Below are positions 9,148-21,465 of a stretch of 64,000 bases of DNA, in pieces. A program made the translations under genes and the position numbers. The DNA comes from Planctomycetota bacterium (GTDB taxonomy: Bacteria > Planctomycetota > B15-G4 > JADJEK01): assembly GCA_044225365.1 (NCBI GenBank), contig JBGAIQ010000002.1, positions 211,319 to 275,318 on the forward strand, read 5' to 3'. Under the pieces are notes generated by a model. The model was given only the letters and a program-made list of their open reading frames with translations. It was not told the DNA's origin and searched no databases. Numbering within the stretch: the first letter of the stretch is position 1; each line of letters starts with the position of its first letter.

Positions 9148-12062
9148 ATGCCGACGTCATCCCCACGTATCGTTGGAGCCTCCTGCTTCACGGGCATCGC
9201 TCGGGTCGCTGCGATCCTGTTCGGTTCTCTGGCTCCGGTGCTCGCCACGGAACCGGTGGTCGCGACGACTCTCGAATCGAGTCCGAAGGAATCGGCAGGC
9301 ACCACTGCGCCCGCGCTGCGCGCATCGAACCACTGGGCGTTCACGGCTCCCGCGGTCCCCGCACTGCCCGTGGTCGTCCACACGACCTGGCCGCGATCCG
9401 ACCTCGATCGCTTCGTGCTCGCACGCCTCGAGGCCGAGAATTTGATCCCGAGCGACGAAGCGGACCGCGCCACGCTCCTGCGTCGTGTGACGTTCGATCT
9501 CACGGGATTGCCGCCGGCGCCCGAAGCGATCGAAGCGTTCGAACTCGACAGGCGCGACGATGCTTACGAGCGGGCCGTCGACGGGCTCCTCGCGTCGCCG
9601 CACTTCGGCGAGCGCATGGCGTTGCCTTGGCTCGACCTCGCGCGTTACGCGGACTCGAATGGCTACGACTTCGACAACCCGCGCGAGATGTGGGCTTGGC
9701 GCGATTCCGTGATCGCCGCGTTCAATGCGAACCTGTCGTTCGATCGGTTCACGATCGAACAACTCGCGGGAGATCTGCTTCCGAACCCCACGCTCGATCA
9801 GTGCATCGCGAGCGGATTCCTGCGCAATCAGCCCCTCGCCTACGAAATGGCGGGGCAAGTTGGAGAGTACGAGCACCAATACGTCTCCGATCGAGTGAGC
9901 ACGTTCGCGACGACCTGGCTCGGCTTGACGATCGGCTGCGCGCAGTGCCACGATCACAAATTCGATCCGATCTCGCAGCGCGACTACTATCGCCTCTACG
10001 CGATCTTCAACGACTGCGACGACGCCGGGATCCGCACCGATCTCGAGAACCCGGTTCCCTACATTCGCCTGCCTTCCAAGGAACAGGCTACCCAGCTCGC
10101 GACGATGGAGGCGAAGATCGCGTCGATCCGGGACGCGGTGAACGCCGCCACGATCCCGTTCGAGTCGGAGTTCCGGCGATTCCTCGCGAGTGAGCGATCC
10201 CACGCGATCGGGGATGCGCCGCAACCCGACTTGCGATTCCCGCTCGATGAAGAGGTTCCTGGCGACGCCGTCCTCTCTGGAATCGGCAAGGCGACCTGGA
10301 TCCCTGGTGTCGAGATCCGCGGGAAGGCGGTTCTCCTCGATGGCAAGAACGAGTTCGTCGACTGCGGTGATCGCGGCGAATTCCATTCCGACGAGCCGTT
10401 CTCGATCGCGGCGTACGTGCGCGTCGAAGGGCGCGGCAATCGCGGCGATGCGACGATCGTCTGTCGCTCGGACGGCGGACACGACGGGCGTGGCTATCGC
10501 CTGTCGCTCGCGCAGGGGAAGCCCGCGTTCCAGCTCGATGCGACGGCCGGCGACACGGGCATGGTCAAGATCATCGCTCGCGACGCGCTCGACCTCGGCC
10601 GCTGGCATCACCTCGTCGCAACCTACGACGGATCGCGTCTTCGCACGGGCCTGAAGCTCTATGTCGACGGCGCGCCCGTGGAGCTCGCATCGATCCCGAA
10701 GGCATCGCCTGCTCCGAATTCGCGTCTGGTGGGAGAGATCTGCGAGCGTGGCGACCGGGTGCCGCTCCTCATCGGATGTGGGGATGGAACTCCCTACGAG
10801 GGAGCGATCGACGATGTGCGCATGTACCGTCGCGAGCTCGATTCCGCCGCCGTCGAAGCGGTCGTCCATGAACAGGCTCACGCGCTTGCGAGTCTCGACG
10901 AGCGAAACGTCGATCAGGATCTCTGGCTGAGGGAGTGGTTCGCCGTTCGGCGATCCGCGGTGATGAAGCCGCTGCGCGACGAACTCGTCGCGTGGTCCGC
11001 GCGCCGCGACGAGGTGCTCGCGGCGACTCCCGTGACGTCGGTGAGCGAGCGTCTCGCGAGTCCTCCCGCGACGCACCTCCTCGTGCGCGGCGATTACACG
11101 AATCCCGGCGAGGTCGTCGAGGGCGGCACCCCGAGCGTGCTTCCGCAGCTCCCCAAAGGCGTGCGCGCGGACCGACTCGCTCTCGCGCATTGGCTCGTCG
11201 CGAAGGAGAATCCACTCTTCTCGCGCGTCGCGGTGAATCGCTTCTGGAAGTCGTTCTTCGGACGTGGACTCGTTTCGACGAGCGACGACTTCGGACTGCG
11301 CGGGGAGGCGCCCACGAATCGCGAACTCCTCGACTTCCTGGCCTGTGAGTTCGTCGCTTCGGGATACGACGTGAAGGCGCTCGTTCGAACGATCGTCACG
11401 TCTGCGACGTACCGTCAGTCGAGCCACGTCGATCCGCGCGTCCTCGCGCTCGATCCCGAGAATCGATGGTTGTCGCGCGCAACCCGCCTGCGACTCGATG
11501 CCGAGTTCCTGATGGACAACGCGCTCTCGATCGGGGGGCTGCTCGATCCCACGGTCTTCGGGAAATCGGTGCCGGCCTACGACGAAGCCGCGGCGAACGC
11601 GGCGCTGTCGGGCACGCTCCTGCGCCGGGGCCTCTACGTCGAAGTGAAGCGCTCCAAGCCGAACCTCATGTTCGCGGCGTTCGACGCGTCGACTCGCGAA
11701 GTGTGCCGTGCGGACCGCGTGCGCACGACGACTCCGCTCCAAGCACTCGCGCTCCTCAACGAACCGACGAACGTGGCCGCGAGCAAGGGCCTCGCTCGAA
11801 GGTTGCTCGCGATCGCCGGGAACGACCGATCGCGGCTCGAATACGGCATGCGTTGCTGCGTGGGTCGCGCTCCCAGCGATCGCGAGATCGCAGTCCTCGT
11901 CAACCTCCTCGCGAAGATGCGTGCCGACCGAGCACCCCGTTCCGAACCGGCCAACGACTTCCTGGGCCCGCTCGATCGCGATTCGAGGAATGCCGAATAC
12001 TCCGCATGGGCGGACGTGGCGAGTGTGCTTCTCAATCTCGACGAGACGTCGACGCGAGGCTG

Positions 12063-12063
<1 letters not shown>
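9148..12063 (+). CDS. DUF1549 + LamG + DUF1553 (PSD1) planctomycete protein
   Basis: HWAF, LLRRVTFDLTGLPP, WLDLARYADS, CAQCHDHKFDP, LamG WHHLVATYDG, NPLFSRVAVNRFW, TTPLQAL. Confidence 0.93.
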
Positions 12064-13505
<1,442 letters not shown>

Positions 13506-13529
13506 CGCTCCGGACGAATCACGCGCCCA

Positions 13530-16500
13530 TCAGCGCGAGGGCGCGTCGAGCGATCGGGCGAGGACGGCGAACGCCGCTCGCTCCTTCGCCGCGTCGGACT
13601 CGTACTCGGAGTGGATCGCCGCGATCACGTCGTCGATCGCAGGGAGCTGCTCGCGGAGCTTCGACACTTTCGGTTCGACGTCCTGTTCGAGACGTCGCAA
13701 CGCGACGAGCTGCGCGTAGCGCTCGGTTCGGGGAGTCGTGTCGAAGACGTGCAGGGACGAATCGGCGGCCGCGGACACGAGCTGACTGCCATCCGGGCTG
13801 AACACGAGGCTCGAAACGTACTTGAGGCTCCCGGGGAGATCGAGCAACGGTTCCAGCGTGTCGGCGTCGTAGACCCGCACGAGATTGTCGTTGCCGCCCG
13901 AGGCGAGGCGGGTGCCGTCGGGGGAATAGGCGAGGCACAAGACGCCGTCGGCGTGACACTTCGCGTCCGAGAGCTTCGCGTGCGTCTTCAAGTCGAAGAT
14001 CGCGATTCGCCCGTCGTTCAAGCCGCAGGCGACTCGTCGCCCATCGGGGTGGAGAGCAACGGACCATGTATCGCGCTCGAGTGCGGCTTCGATCGCCCCC
14101 GTCCTCGAATCACGTACGATCGCCTGACACGGAAACAACTCCGCGCCGCTCGCCACATGGTGATTCTTCGAATCCTGGGCGACCTTGCTGCCGAGTTGCG
14201 TCGGAGAGTCGTCGCGTTCTTGCCAGGATTGGAGGGGAGCTCCGGTCGTTCCGATGGAGAAGGGCACGGAACCGTAATGACTCGGTCCGAGCGCGCCGAA
14301 ATCCCCGAGCCAGAACACGGTGACCTCGAGAGCATCGGCGAGGCTCGCAAGATCGGCTTCGAGTCGCCGCGACACGGCCCAGGGCGGCGAGAACTCGAGA
14401 TGCGCCGGACGATCGGCCGCGGGAAGTTCGGCGACGAACCGGATCGAATCTCGGGGTTGTCCGGTGAACATCGCTTCGAGCTTCGGTCCACTCGCGCTGC
14501 GCCACACGACGACACGATTCTCCGAGTCGAACTGCAGGTACTCGCGCTCCGCGCGAAAGTGCGCGGCGAGTTCGGCGGATGCGATTGGGGGAAACGCCGC
14601 GGTCTGGCCCGCTCCTCGTGCCGCCAGGTAGCGCTCGATCGCGGCGTTCTCGTCTTGACGCAAGAGGCCGCGAAATACGATCAACTCGACCATCGTCCCG
14701 GAGAAGTCGTTCCCGGCGCCGATCTCCTCGCCGATCCAGAGCCGGGGATGAGGTCCCGCCGCTCCGCCGATCGCCGCTCGGCTCGCGCCGACCAGCACCT
14801 CGCCCGGCTGCACCGCGAGTTCCCTCGAATCGACGAAGGCTCGCGTGGCGTCGCGAGCGAATTCCGTGCGCCAGACGTGGCGGGCGGCCTTGTCCGATTC
14901 GCTCATGAGCGAAGAGCCCGTGGGAACGACGATGCGGCTCCCATTCGTCGCGGTCCATCCCAGCGACAGCGGTGGAGCGGCGCGAATCACTCGAGACTTT
15001 CCATCGACCCAGCGCACGAGCTCCGTGCCGCCCGATACCTCGCTGCCGATCCACTCGCCGAGACGATCGAATCCGTTCGCCGTCGAGACGGTCGACGGGA
15101 GCCGCTTCAAGACGGCGAGATCGAGTGGATTCCAGACGATTCGTTCGCCCCATCGTGAATTCGAGAGCAGAAGCGATCCGTCGCCGGAGAACTGCAGTTC
15201 GGCCGCGAGCGCGCCGCGGTCCTCGACCGTTCGCGATCGTTTCTCGGTGAGCGTCCAGTAGGCGAGCGACTGCGGCTCTCGCGTGACGATCCGATCGTTG
15301 CCACACAGCACGGCGCTCTGCGAATCGGGAGTAGAGAGAAGCGCGATCTCCTTCTTCCCGAACCCGTCCCACAGACGGACCGTCCCGTCCTTCGACGTCG
15401 AAACGATGCGACCGTCCGCCGTGAACTCCACGTCGGTGACCGCGTCCTGATGGCCGTAGAGGACTGCCGTGCGTTCGAGCGATTCGAGATCGAAGACCAT
15501 CACCTCGTGCTTCTCGCAGCCGGTCGCGAACCGTTTGCCGTCCGCGGAGACGGCGAGGACGCGTGGAATCTGCGGAAGCGAGAGGGGAGTCGCCAGTTTG
15601 GGTGCGAGCGTCGAGGAATCATAGATCGCGAGCGAGTCCTCGCCGGTCGGTGTGTACATCACGAGGATCCGTGAGCCGTCCGCGTCGAATTCGATCACGG
15701 GCTCGCGGACCATCATTGGCAGCGGCGTGTCGACGAAATGGCCCTCGGTGCCGGAATGAAGACGGCTGCCAGCCGTGAACGCCACCCGGCTCCCCGATCG
15801 ATCGATCGCGATCGCGGTGATCGGAAGGTCGCTCTTGGTCCAGGTGGCGAACGCACCACTCGCTCGACGATCGGCGACGACGACGCGCGAGTCGGAGAGC
15901 ACGGCGACCACCGCGGACCCGTCGGGAGTCGCGGCCCAGTGCACGATGTCGCGCGGTGCGTCGAACGTCGCTCTCGATTCGCCGATCGTCGGGTCCCAGA
16001 GTGTGATCGAACGAGGCGTGGACTGTGCGGCGACCAGCGAGCCGTTCGCGACCGCCACCAAGCGAGAATCGCCGGCGACCGTCCCGAACCGCAGGAGGAG
16101 CCCGGAGAGCTGCGCCGACAAGTACCTCCACTCCCAGCCGCGCAGCGCTTCCGGAACGGCGTCCAGCGAGCGTCTTGCCGCTCGCGGATCCCGGTCGAAA
16201 TTCGCCGAGGCCGCGGCCAGATTCGCACGGTAGGCCTCTCGCGACTCGCGGAGGGCGGACCGCTGCGCGTCGTCGGCGCTCTGTTTCGCGCGGAGCGCGA
16301 ACATGACCGCGAACACGAGTCCGATCGTGAGCGCGGTGATCGTCGCCACCACGCCCGCGACGAGCGCCCGGTGACGCTGTGTGAATCGTCGAAGTCGGTA
16401 CCACGAACTCGGCGCACGGGCGACGATCGGCTCTCCCGCAAGATGGTGCGCGAGATCGGCCGAGAGATCCCGAACGCTGGCGTAGCGCCGCTCGGGTTCC

Positions 16501-17513
16501 TTCTCGAGGCACTTGCGGAGGATGGCCTCGAGAGCACCGCGAAAGCCCGAGTTCACGACCGAGATGGGAGTGGGATCGGTGTTGCGGATGATCTCGATGG
16601 CATCGGGGAGCGAACGCCCACGGACGTCGTAGGGCATGCGGTGCGTGAGCAATTCGTAGAGGACGACCCCGAGCGAGTAGATGTCGCTCGCTGTAGAGAT
16701 CTGCGAGTTCCGACCCGCGGCCTGCTCCGGACTCATGTACGGCAGCGAGCCCATCACCTGGCCGGTGCCCGTCATGATCGTCCCGTGGAAGTCGTTGTCG
16801 CTAAGTCGAGCGATTCCGAAGTCGAGGACCTTCGGCTCCGGAATGGGCGCATCCTTCGAGCCGGAATCTGCGACCTTCACGACGAGGATGTTGTCCGGCT
16901 TGATGTCGCGGTGGATGATGCCCTGCTCGTGCGCGTATTGAATCGCGTCACAGACCTTGAGGAAGATCTGCAGGCGAGCCGTCGTGCCCAGCGCTTCCTC
17001 GCGTGCGTAGCGCACGAGGGAGACTCCATCGACGAACTCCATCGCGATGTACGGCATCACCGCGGAGTCCTGCTCGAACTCGCCGGACTCGAAGATCTGA
17101 GCGATCCCGGGGTGACGCAGCCGCCGCAGGATCTCCGCTTCCCGACGGAAGCGGCGCACGAGTTCGGGTCGCAGCGTCGCCGCCTGGATCACCTTGAGGG
17201 CGACGCGTCGGTTCGTCGAATCCTCGATGGCGTCGTACACGATGCCCATTCCGCCGACACCGCAGATGCCGGTGATGCGGAAGTTGCCGATCGCTTCGGG
17301 GTGACGCCGCTGGAAGCGCGTCACGGACGGGCTCGCGAGCGCCGTCGAACTCGGCGCATCGCCGTCCGACGCCAGAAGAAGATGCTCGATCTCCACGCGC
17401 AATTCGAGATCCCCGGCGCAAACGCGTGAGAGGAATTCCTCGCGCGAGCCCTTCGTCTTCTCCTGCGCTTGCAGGAAGAGCGCTTTCACCAGCTGGTAGC
17501 GCTCGGGGTCCAT
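13530..17513 (-). CDS. Ser/Thr protein kinase with TM segment and WD40 repeats
   Basis: GVGGMGIVY, VALK, HRDIKPDN, DFG, YMSPEQ, DIYSLG. WD40 units such as GHQDAVTDVEF..SKDGTVRLWD. Confidence 0.95.
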   Translation of the reverse strand: MDPERYQLVKALFLQAQEKTKGSREEFLSRVCAGDLELRVEIEHLLLASDGDAPSSTALASPSVTRFQRRHPEAIGNFRITGICGVGGMGIVYDAIEDSTNRRVALKVIQAATLRPELVRRFRREAEILRRLRHPGIAQIFESGEFEQDSAVMPYIAMEFVDGVSLVRYAREEALGTTARLQIFLKVCDAIQYAHEQGIIHRDIKPDNILVVKVADSGSKDAPIPEPKVLDFGIARLSDNDFHGTIMTGTGQVMGSLPYMSPEQAAGRNSQISTASDIYSLGVVLYELLTHRMPYDVRGRSLPDAIEIIRNTDPTPISVVNSGFRGALEAILRKCLEKEPERRYASVRDLSADLAHHLAGEPIVARAPSSWYRLRRFTQRHRALVAGVVATITALTIGLVFAVMFALRAKQSADDAQRSALRESREAYRANLAAASANFDRDPRAARRSLDAVPEALRGWEWRYLSAQLSGLLLRFGTVAGDSRLVAVANGSLVAAQSTPRSITLWDPTIGESRATFDAPRDIVHWAATPDGSAVVAVLSDSRVVVADRRASGAFATWTKSDLPITAIAIDRSGSRVAFTAGSRLHSGTEGHFVDTPLPMMVREPVIEFDADGSRILVMYTPTGEDSLAIYDSSTLAPKLATPLSLPQIPRVLAVSADGKRFATGCEKHEVMVFDLESLERTAVLYGHQDAVTDVEFTADGRIVSTSKDGTVRLWDGFGKKEIALLSTPDSQSAVLCGNDRIVTREPQSLAYWTLTEKRSRTVEDRGALAAELQFSGDGSLLLSNSRWGERIVWNPLDLAVLKRLPSTVSTANGFDRLGEWIGSEVSGGTELVRWVDGKSRVIRAAPPLSLGWTATNGSRIVVPTGSSLMSESDKAARHVWRTEFARDATRAFVDSRELAVQPGEVLVGASRAAIGGAAGPHPRLWIGEEIGAGNDFSGTMVELIVFRGLLRQDENAAIERYLAARGAGQTAAFPPIASAELAAHFRAEREYLQFDSENRVVVWRSASGPKLEAMFTGQPRDSIRFVAELPAADRPAHLEFSPPWAVSRRLEADLASLADALEVTVFWLGDFGALGPSHYGSVPFSIGTTGAPLQSWQERDDSPTQLGSKVAQDSKNHHVASGAELFPCQAIVRDSRTGAIEAALERDTWSVALHPDGRRVACGLNDGRIAIFDLKTHAKLSDAKCHADGVLCLAYSPDGTRLASGGNDNLVRVYDADTLEPLLDLPGSLKYVSSLVFSPDGSQLVSAAADSSLHVFDTTPRTERYAQLVALRRLEQDVEPKVSKLREQLPAIDDVIAAIHSEYESDAAKERAAFAVLARSLDAPSR

Positions 17514-17653
17514 CGAAGTACGGAGCCTCCAGATCCAAGGCGTTCGCATGGCGCCGCGCCCGCTGCCGGCGTTCTCGCGATGATCCCCTCAGGATAAGCA
17601 ATCGCGGCGCGATGGAGCGGGTTCCCGCCAGCGAGTCGCGGAATTCCCGACCC

Positions 17654-18184
17654 TCATTTCTGGGCGATGAACCGTTGCAGCCACGCTCGAGCGAAGGCCC
17701 ATTCGCGACGCACGGTGCGCTCGTTCACTCCGAGCAAGGCGCCGATCTCCTGTTCGGTGAGGCCGGCATGGATCTTCAACTTCACGACCTTTCCGAGTCG
17801 CGGGTCGATCGCTTCGAGATCCGTGATCGCATCGTCGATCTGCGCGATGCCGTCGATGTCGCCCCGCGTGGCGAGATCGACCACCGAGATGTCTTCGCGA
17901 CGTCCTTCGCCGCCACGCTTCACGCGGCCCTTGCTTCGCGCATGATCGATGAGGATTCGCCGCATGGCGTCGGCGGCCGCGCCGAGGAATCGGGAGTCCT
18001 CCGCGCCGGCGAGTTCGCGCTCGCGCGAGAGTTTCAGGTACGCCTCGTTCACGAGAGCCGTGGGTTGCAACGTGTGGCCCGCTCGCTCGTCCTTCAGTTG
18101 ACGCGCCGCGATGGCGCGCAATTCCGACTGGAGCTGCGCGAAGAGTCGGTCGAGTGCCGGGTCGGAAACGTCATCCTCCGCCAT
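17654..18184 (-). CDS. Planctomycete-type ECF sigma factor (kinase-associated)
   Basis: ELRAIA, GHTLQPTALVNEAYLKL, AMRRILIDHAR, RTVRREWAFARAWL. Confidence 0.93.
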   Translation of the reverse strand: MAEDDVSDPALDRLFAQLQSELRAIAARQLKDERAGHTLQPTALVNEAYLKLSRERELAGAEDSRFLGAAADAMRRILIDHARSKGRVKRGGEGRREDISVVDLATRGDIDGIAQIDDAITDLEAIDPRLGKVVKLKIHAGLTEQEIGALLGVNERTVRREWAFARAWLQRFIAQK

Positions 18185-18226
18185 CGACCATTGCTTCCTA
18201 ATGCGCGGCCACGGAGGGAATCGCGA

Positions 18227-18718
18227 CTACTGCGGTTTCTCGGGATCGAACGGGATGGCGATGCGATCCCCGGAAAGGAACCGCGGCGTGAACACCGAGA
18301 GCGCAATCGTACCGTGCGGATCCTTGTTGATGTAGGCGTGCGGAGTGTTCCGCGGGATGTGGACCATCATCCCTGCCTTCACCGAGCGCCATTCGCGTTC
18401 GATCAAGAGGTCACCGCTACCTTGGAGGATGTACACCGTCTCCTCCGATCGTTCGTGGAGGTGTGGGTCGATCCGTCCCGCGACGCGCACGAGGTTCACG
18501 CTGAGGTCGTCGCGATCCGCGAGCAGGGGCACGAGCCATGGATCGGCCGGCGGCGTTGCGGAGATGAACTCGTTGGCGTCGACGAGGATCGGCAACTTCG
18601 GCGGCGGCTCGGGCTTGATCAGCGAGAATCCGGGGAACAGCGTCTCGCAGCCGGGCAGCGCGAACGCAAGCGCGATCAGCGTCGATGGGATCCGGATCGC
18701 TCGGCGGGGCCGTTTCAT
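18227..18718 (-). CDS. Cupin-domain lipoprotein
   Basis: Lipobox ALPGC, cupin motifs PHLHERSEE and IPRNTPH. Confidence 0.85.
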   Translation of the reverse strand: MKRPRRAIRIPSTLIALAFALPGCETLFPGFSLIKPEPPPKLPILVDANEFISATPPADPWLVPLLADRDDLSVNLVRVAGRIDPHLHERSEETVYILQGSGDLLIEREWRSVKAGMMVHIPRNTPHAYINKDPHGTIALSVFTPRFLSGDRIAIPFDPEKPQ

Positions 18719-20235
18719 TTGTCTTCTCCGCATTCGATTCGCGGGAGTTCGGACGAGGCGTGGCCCACGTACCCGAGTTCGCGCAACGCGGCGTCCTCGG
18801 TCGACGTGCTCACCGCGGTTCGGTGCGCGGGATCGGAGAGGAATCGTTCGAGGACGGCTTTCAACCGCCGCGCCTCGGGGTGTCCTTTCCGGTACTCGTC
18901 GTTCTGCTCCAACGGATCCAAGCCGACGTTGTACAACTCGCGACAGCGGTAGGGGAAGCCGATTCCTGGAGTGGCGTCGAACGGTGGATTGCGTGGCTGA
19001 TATCCGCCGGGATCGTCGATCAGCTTCCAAGAGCCGTCGGACGCGGAGAAGATCAGGTCTTCCCATTCGGCGATCACGAATTCGCGACCCGTCGCTCCGG
19101 ATTCGCCTCGAACGAGGGGCATCAGGTCGAGCGCTTCGACGCCACTCGGCAGGTCGCCCGCTCGCAGTCCGGCGGCGTCGAGGATCGTCGCGAAGACATC
19201 GAAGTTCTGAACCAGAGCCGAGACCCGGCGACCTTTCGCCATCGCGCCGGGACCGGCGATGACGAGAGGGACGTGCAGCGAAGTGTCGTAGATCGAATTG
19301 CCGTGGCCGAAGTAGCGGTGATGCTCGCCGAGATCCTCGCCATGATCCGCCGAGTAGATCCGCAACGCCCCTTCGAGCCGGCCCTTCTTCGCGAGTGCGT
19401 CCGCGATCCGCTGGAGCTTCGAATCGCAACCCTTGACGCTCGCGAGGTAGAGATCGCGAACGTGCGCGATGTCGGCGCTCTTCAGCGCTTGCGTGCCGAG
19501 GGTGTAGGCGCGCAGCTTCGGCGCGTTTCCGGCACCCGGATTCGCGGGATCGGAACGCAGGATGCCGTCGTACTCATCGTCGCGATACTTCGCGGCATCG
19601 CTCGGGTCGGGCGTGTACGGCTCGTGGGCGTCGAAGAGATGCACCCAGAGGAAGAGCGGCGCATCGCCGTCGCGATGGGCCGGCAGGCTCGCGATGAACC
19701 GCTCGCACGCGGCGGTGGCGCGTTCATCCCACTCGCGTTGTCCCTCGGGCCGTCGGGCCTCCGCGAGGAAGTCGTTCCCAGTTCCATCCTCGGCGATGTC
19801 GAAGCCGCGTTGCCAGAAGGGAAAGCGCGCGCGATCGAGCCCTGAGCAGAAGGCGGCGGTGCGATACCCGGCGCGCTTGAGGAGCACCGGCAACGGCGTC
19901 TCTTCGGCGCGCAGCGGCATCCCGTTGCGCCGCAGTCCGTGCGCGGCCGGGTACTTTCCGGTGAGGATCGATGCGAGCGATGGGTGAGTCTGGCCGCGCG
20001 GCGCATAGGCGCGCTCGAAGAGCACGCCCTCGCTCGCCCAGGAATCGGCGAGGGGGGTCGGCGATGTGCGTCCCACCCAACTCGCAGCAGGCGCGCCGAC
20101 GACGTCGGCCCGCAAAGTATCGATCGTGAACAAAATGACGTCGGGCGCCCGCTCATGACGTGAGCAGGCGCCCGTCGCTGGAATCGCAATCAGGATCGCG
20201 CCGACGAGCAGCCGGCGGAATCGATTCGCCGTCAC
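18715..20235 (-). CDS. Sulfatase-family hydrolase, probable lipoprotein
   Basis: IDTLRAD, T.PS.ASILTG.YP, WVHLFDAHEPY, ADHGE, LHVPL, ELYN...DPLEQ, LRELGY. GTG start overlaps the upstream stop. Confidence 0.9.
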   Translation of the reverse strand: MTANRFRRLLVGAILIAIPATGACSRHERAPDVILFTIDTLRADVVGAPAASWVGRTSPTPLADSWASEGVLFERAYAPRGQTHPSLASILTGKYPAAHGLRRNGMPLRAEETPLPVLLKRAGYRTAAFCSGLDRARFPFWQRGFDIAEDGTGNDFLAEARRPEGQREWDERATAACERFIASLPAHRDGDAPLFLWVHLFDAHEPYTPDPSDAAKYRDDEYDGILRSDPANPGAGNAPKLRAYTLGTQALKSADIAHVRDLYLASVKGCDSKLQRIADALAKKGRLEGALRIYSADHGEDLGEHHRYFGHGNSIYDTSLHVPLVIAGPGAMAKGRRVSALVQNFDVFATILDAAGLRAGDLPSGVEALDLMPLVRGESGATGREFVIAEWEDLIFSASDGSWKLIDDPGGYQPRNPPFDATPGIGFPYRCRELYNVGLDPLEQNDEYRKGHPEARRLKAVLERFLSDPAHRTAVSTSTEDAALRELGYVGHASSELPRIECGEDK

Positions 20236-21329
20236 TCGATGTAGCGCGGTGCCTTGGTCTCGAACTTGGTGATCACCCAATGACTGTCCTCGAGCCGCAG
20301 CGTGAGGAAGAGGTCGTACATCGAGCGACGATAGTGATGCAGCAGCGTCAGGTGGTATTCGAATTCCGCCGGTACGCCCCAACGCAGCGTCGCGCCTTCG
20401 CAGCGGATCTGCACGTCGAGGTTGCCGTTGCCGTCGCGGAAATCCTGGGGCCGGAGCTGGTAGCCGTCGATCGTGACGTAACCGCCCGACTTGTTCGCGG
20501 CGGCACCCGTGGGCGCACTTCCGCCCGAGTTGCCCGAAGCTCCCGACGCGCTGATCGAGGTCTTGCGCCAGAGTTCCTTCGAGAGCGTGTTCTTGAGGTC
20601 CTGCTCGTTCAACTCGTCGAGGGCGTTGACGAAGATGTCGACGATGTTGCCCTGCGGTTCGTAGTTCGCGAGCGGATAGTGCCGCAGGCCGAAATCGTCC
20701 TGCGCGGGATCGTCGGCCCAGAGGCCCACGATTGCGTCGTACACCTCGTAGGGTCGCACGAGGGCATCGGCGCCGATCAGGAAGTGAACCGTCGCGCCGA
20801 CATCGAAGAGATTCTTCTCGATCTCCTTCACGGCCGCCTTGCCCTCGACGATCGGGGCTTCGTGCGGCAGGAAGTTCTTGAGCGCGAACTTCGGAATGCG
20901 ACAGGCGGCGGCGTTCTTGCCGTACCACTCGGCGAGGTGCCAGTCGTTGATCCGCCAGCGGTTGTATTGGCCGTCCTCGTACACGCCGAGCGTGCGACCG
21001 TCGAAGCCGAGTCGCCAACTGCGGTAGTTGAGGTAGCTGACCCAGATCGCTTTCGTGACGTAGACCTCGACGCCGATACCCGGGCCCACTCCGATCGAGA
21101 GCTTGCCGACGTCGAGGCAGTCGAGCAATCGATTGGGGATGTACCACAGGATCCGCTGCTGCATCGGGACGTAGTCCGGCATCTTCGCAGCCTTCTCGTT
21201 CGCAGCTTCGAGGCGTGGTCTCACGACCTCGATCGACTGACAATCGGGAGGCTTGGGAGAGAAGACGGAGCAGCCCTGGAACGCAACACCTAGGACGGCA
21301 GCGGCGAGCAGCTGCACGCGGGGACGCAT
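20232..21329 (-). CDS. Hypothetical lipoprotein
   Basis: Lipobox AFQGC, typical codon pattern, conserved-looking WYIPNRLLD..D...GVGPG segment. Confidence 0.75.
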   Translation of the reverse strand: MRPRVQLLAAAVLGVAFQGCSVFSPKPPDCQSIEVVRPRLEAANEKAAKMPDYVPMQQRILWYIPNRLLDCLDVGKLSIGVGPGIGVEVYVTKAIWVSYLNYRSWRLGFDGRTLGVYEDGQYNRWRINDWHLAEWYGKNAAACRIPKFALKNFLPHEAPIVEGKAAVKEIEKNLFDVGATVHFLIGADALVRPYEVYDAIVGLWADDPAQDDFGLRHYPLANYEPQGNIVDIFVNALDELNEQDLKNTLSKELWRKTSISASGASGNSGGSAPTGAAANKSGGYVTIDGYQLRPQDFRDGNGNLDVQIRCEGATLRWGVPAEFEYHLTLLHHYRRSMYDLFLTLRLEDSHWVITKFETKAPRYIE

Positions 21330-21465
21330 GACGATTCTCCGGACTCGGTTCGGCAACCGTGTCATACCGGTGCAGAGATGCGGAATCAATCGCGCGTACC
21401 CTCCGAATCCGAGGGATGCAGACTTCTCTCCAGTTTTCGAAGCGCAGCGAGTAGAACGCGAGGGA

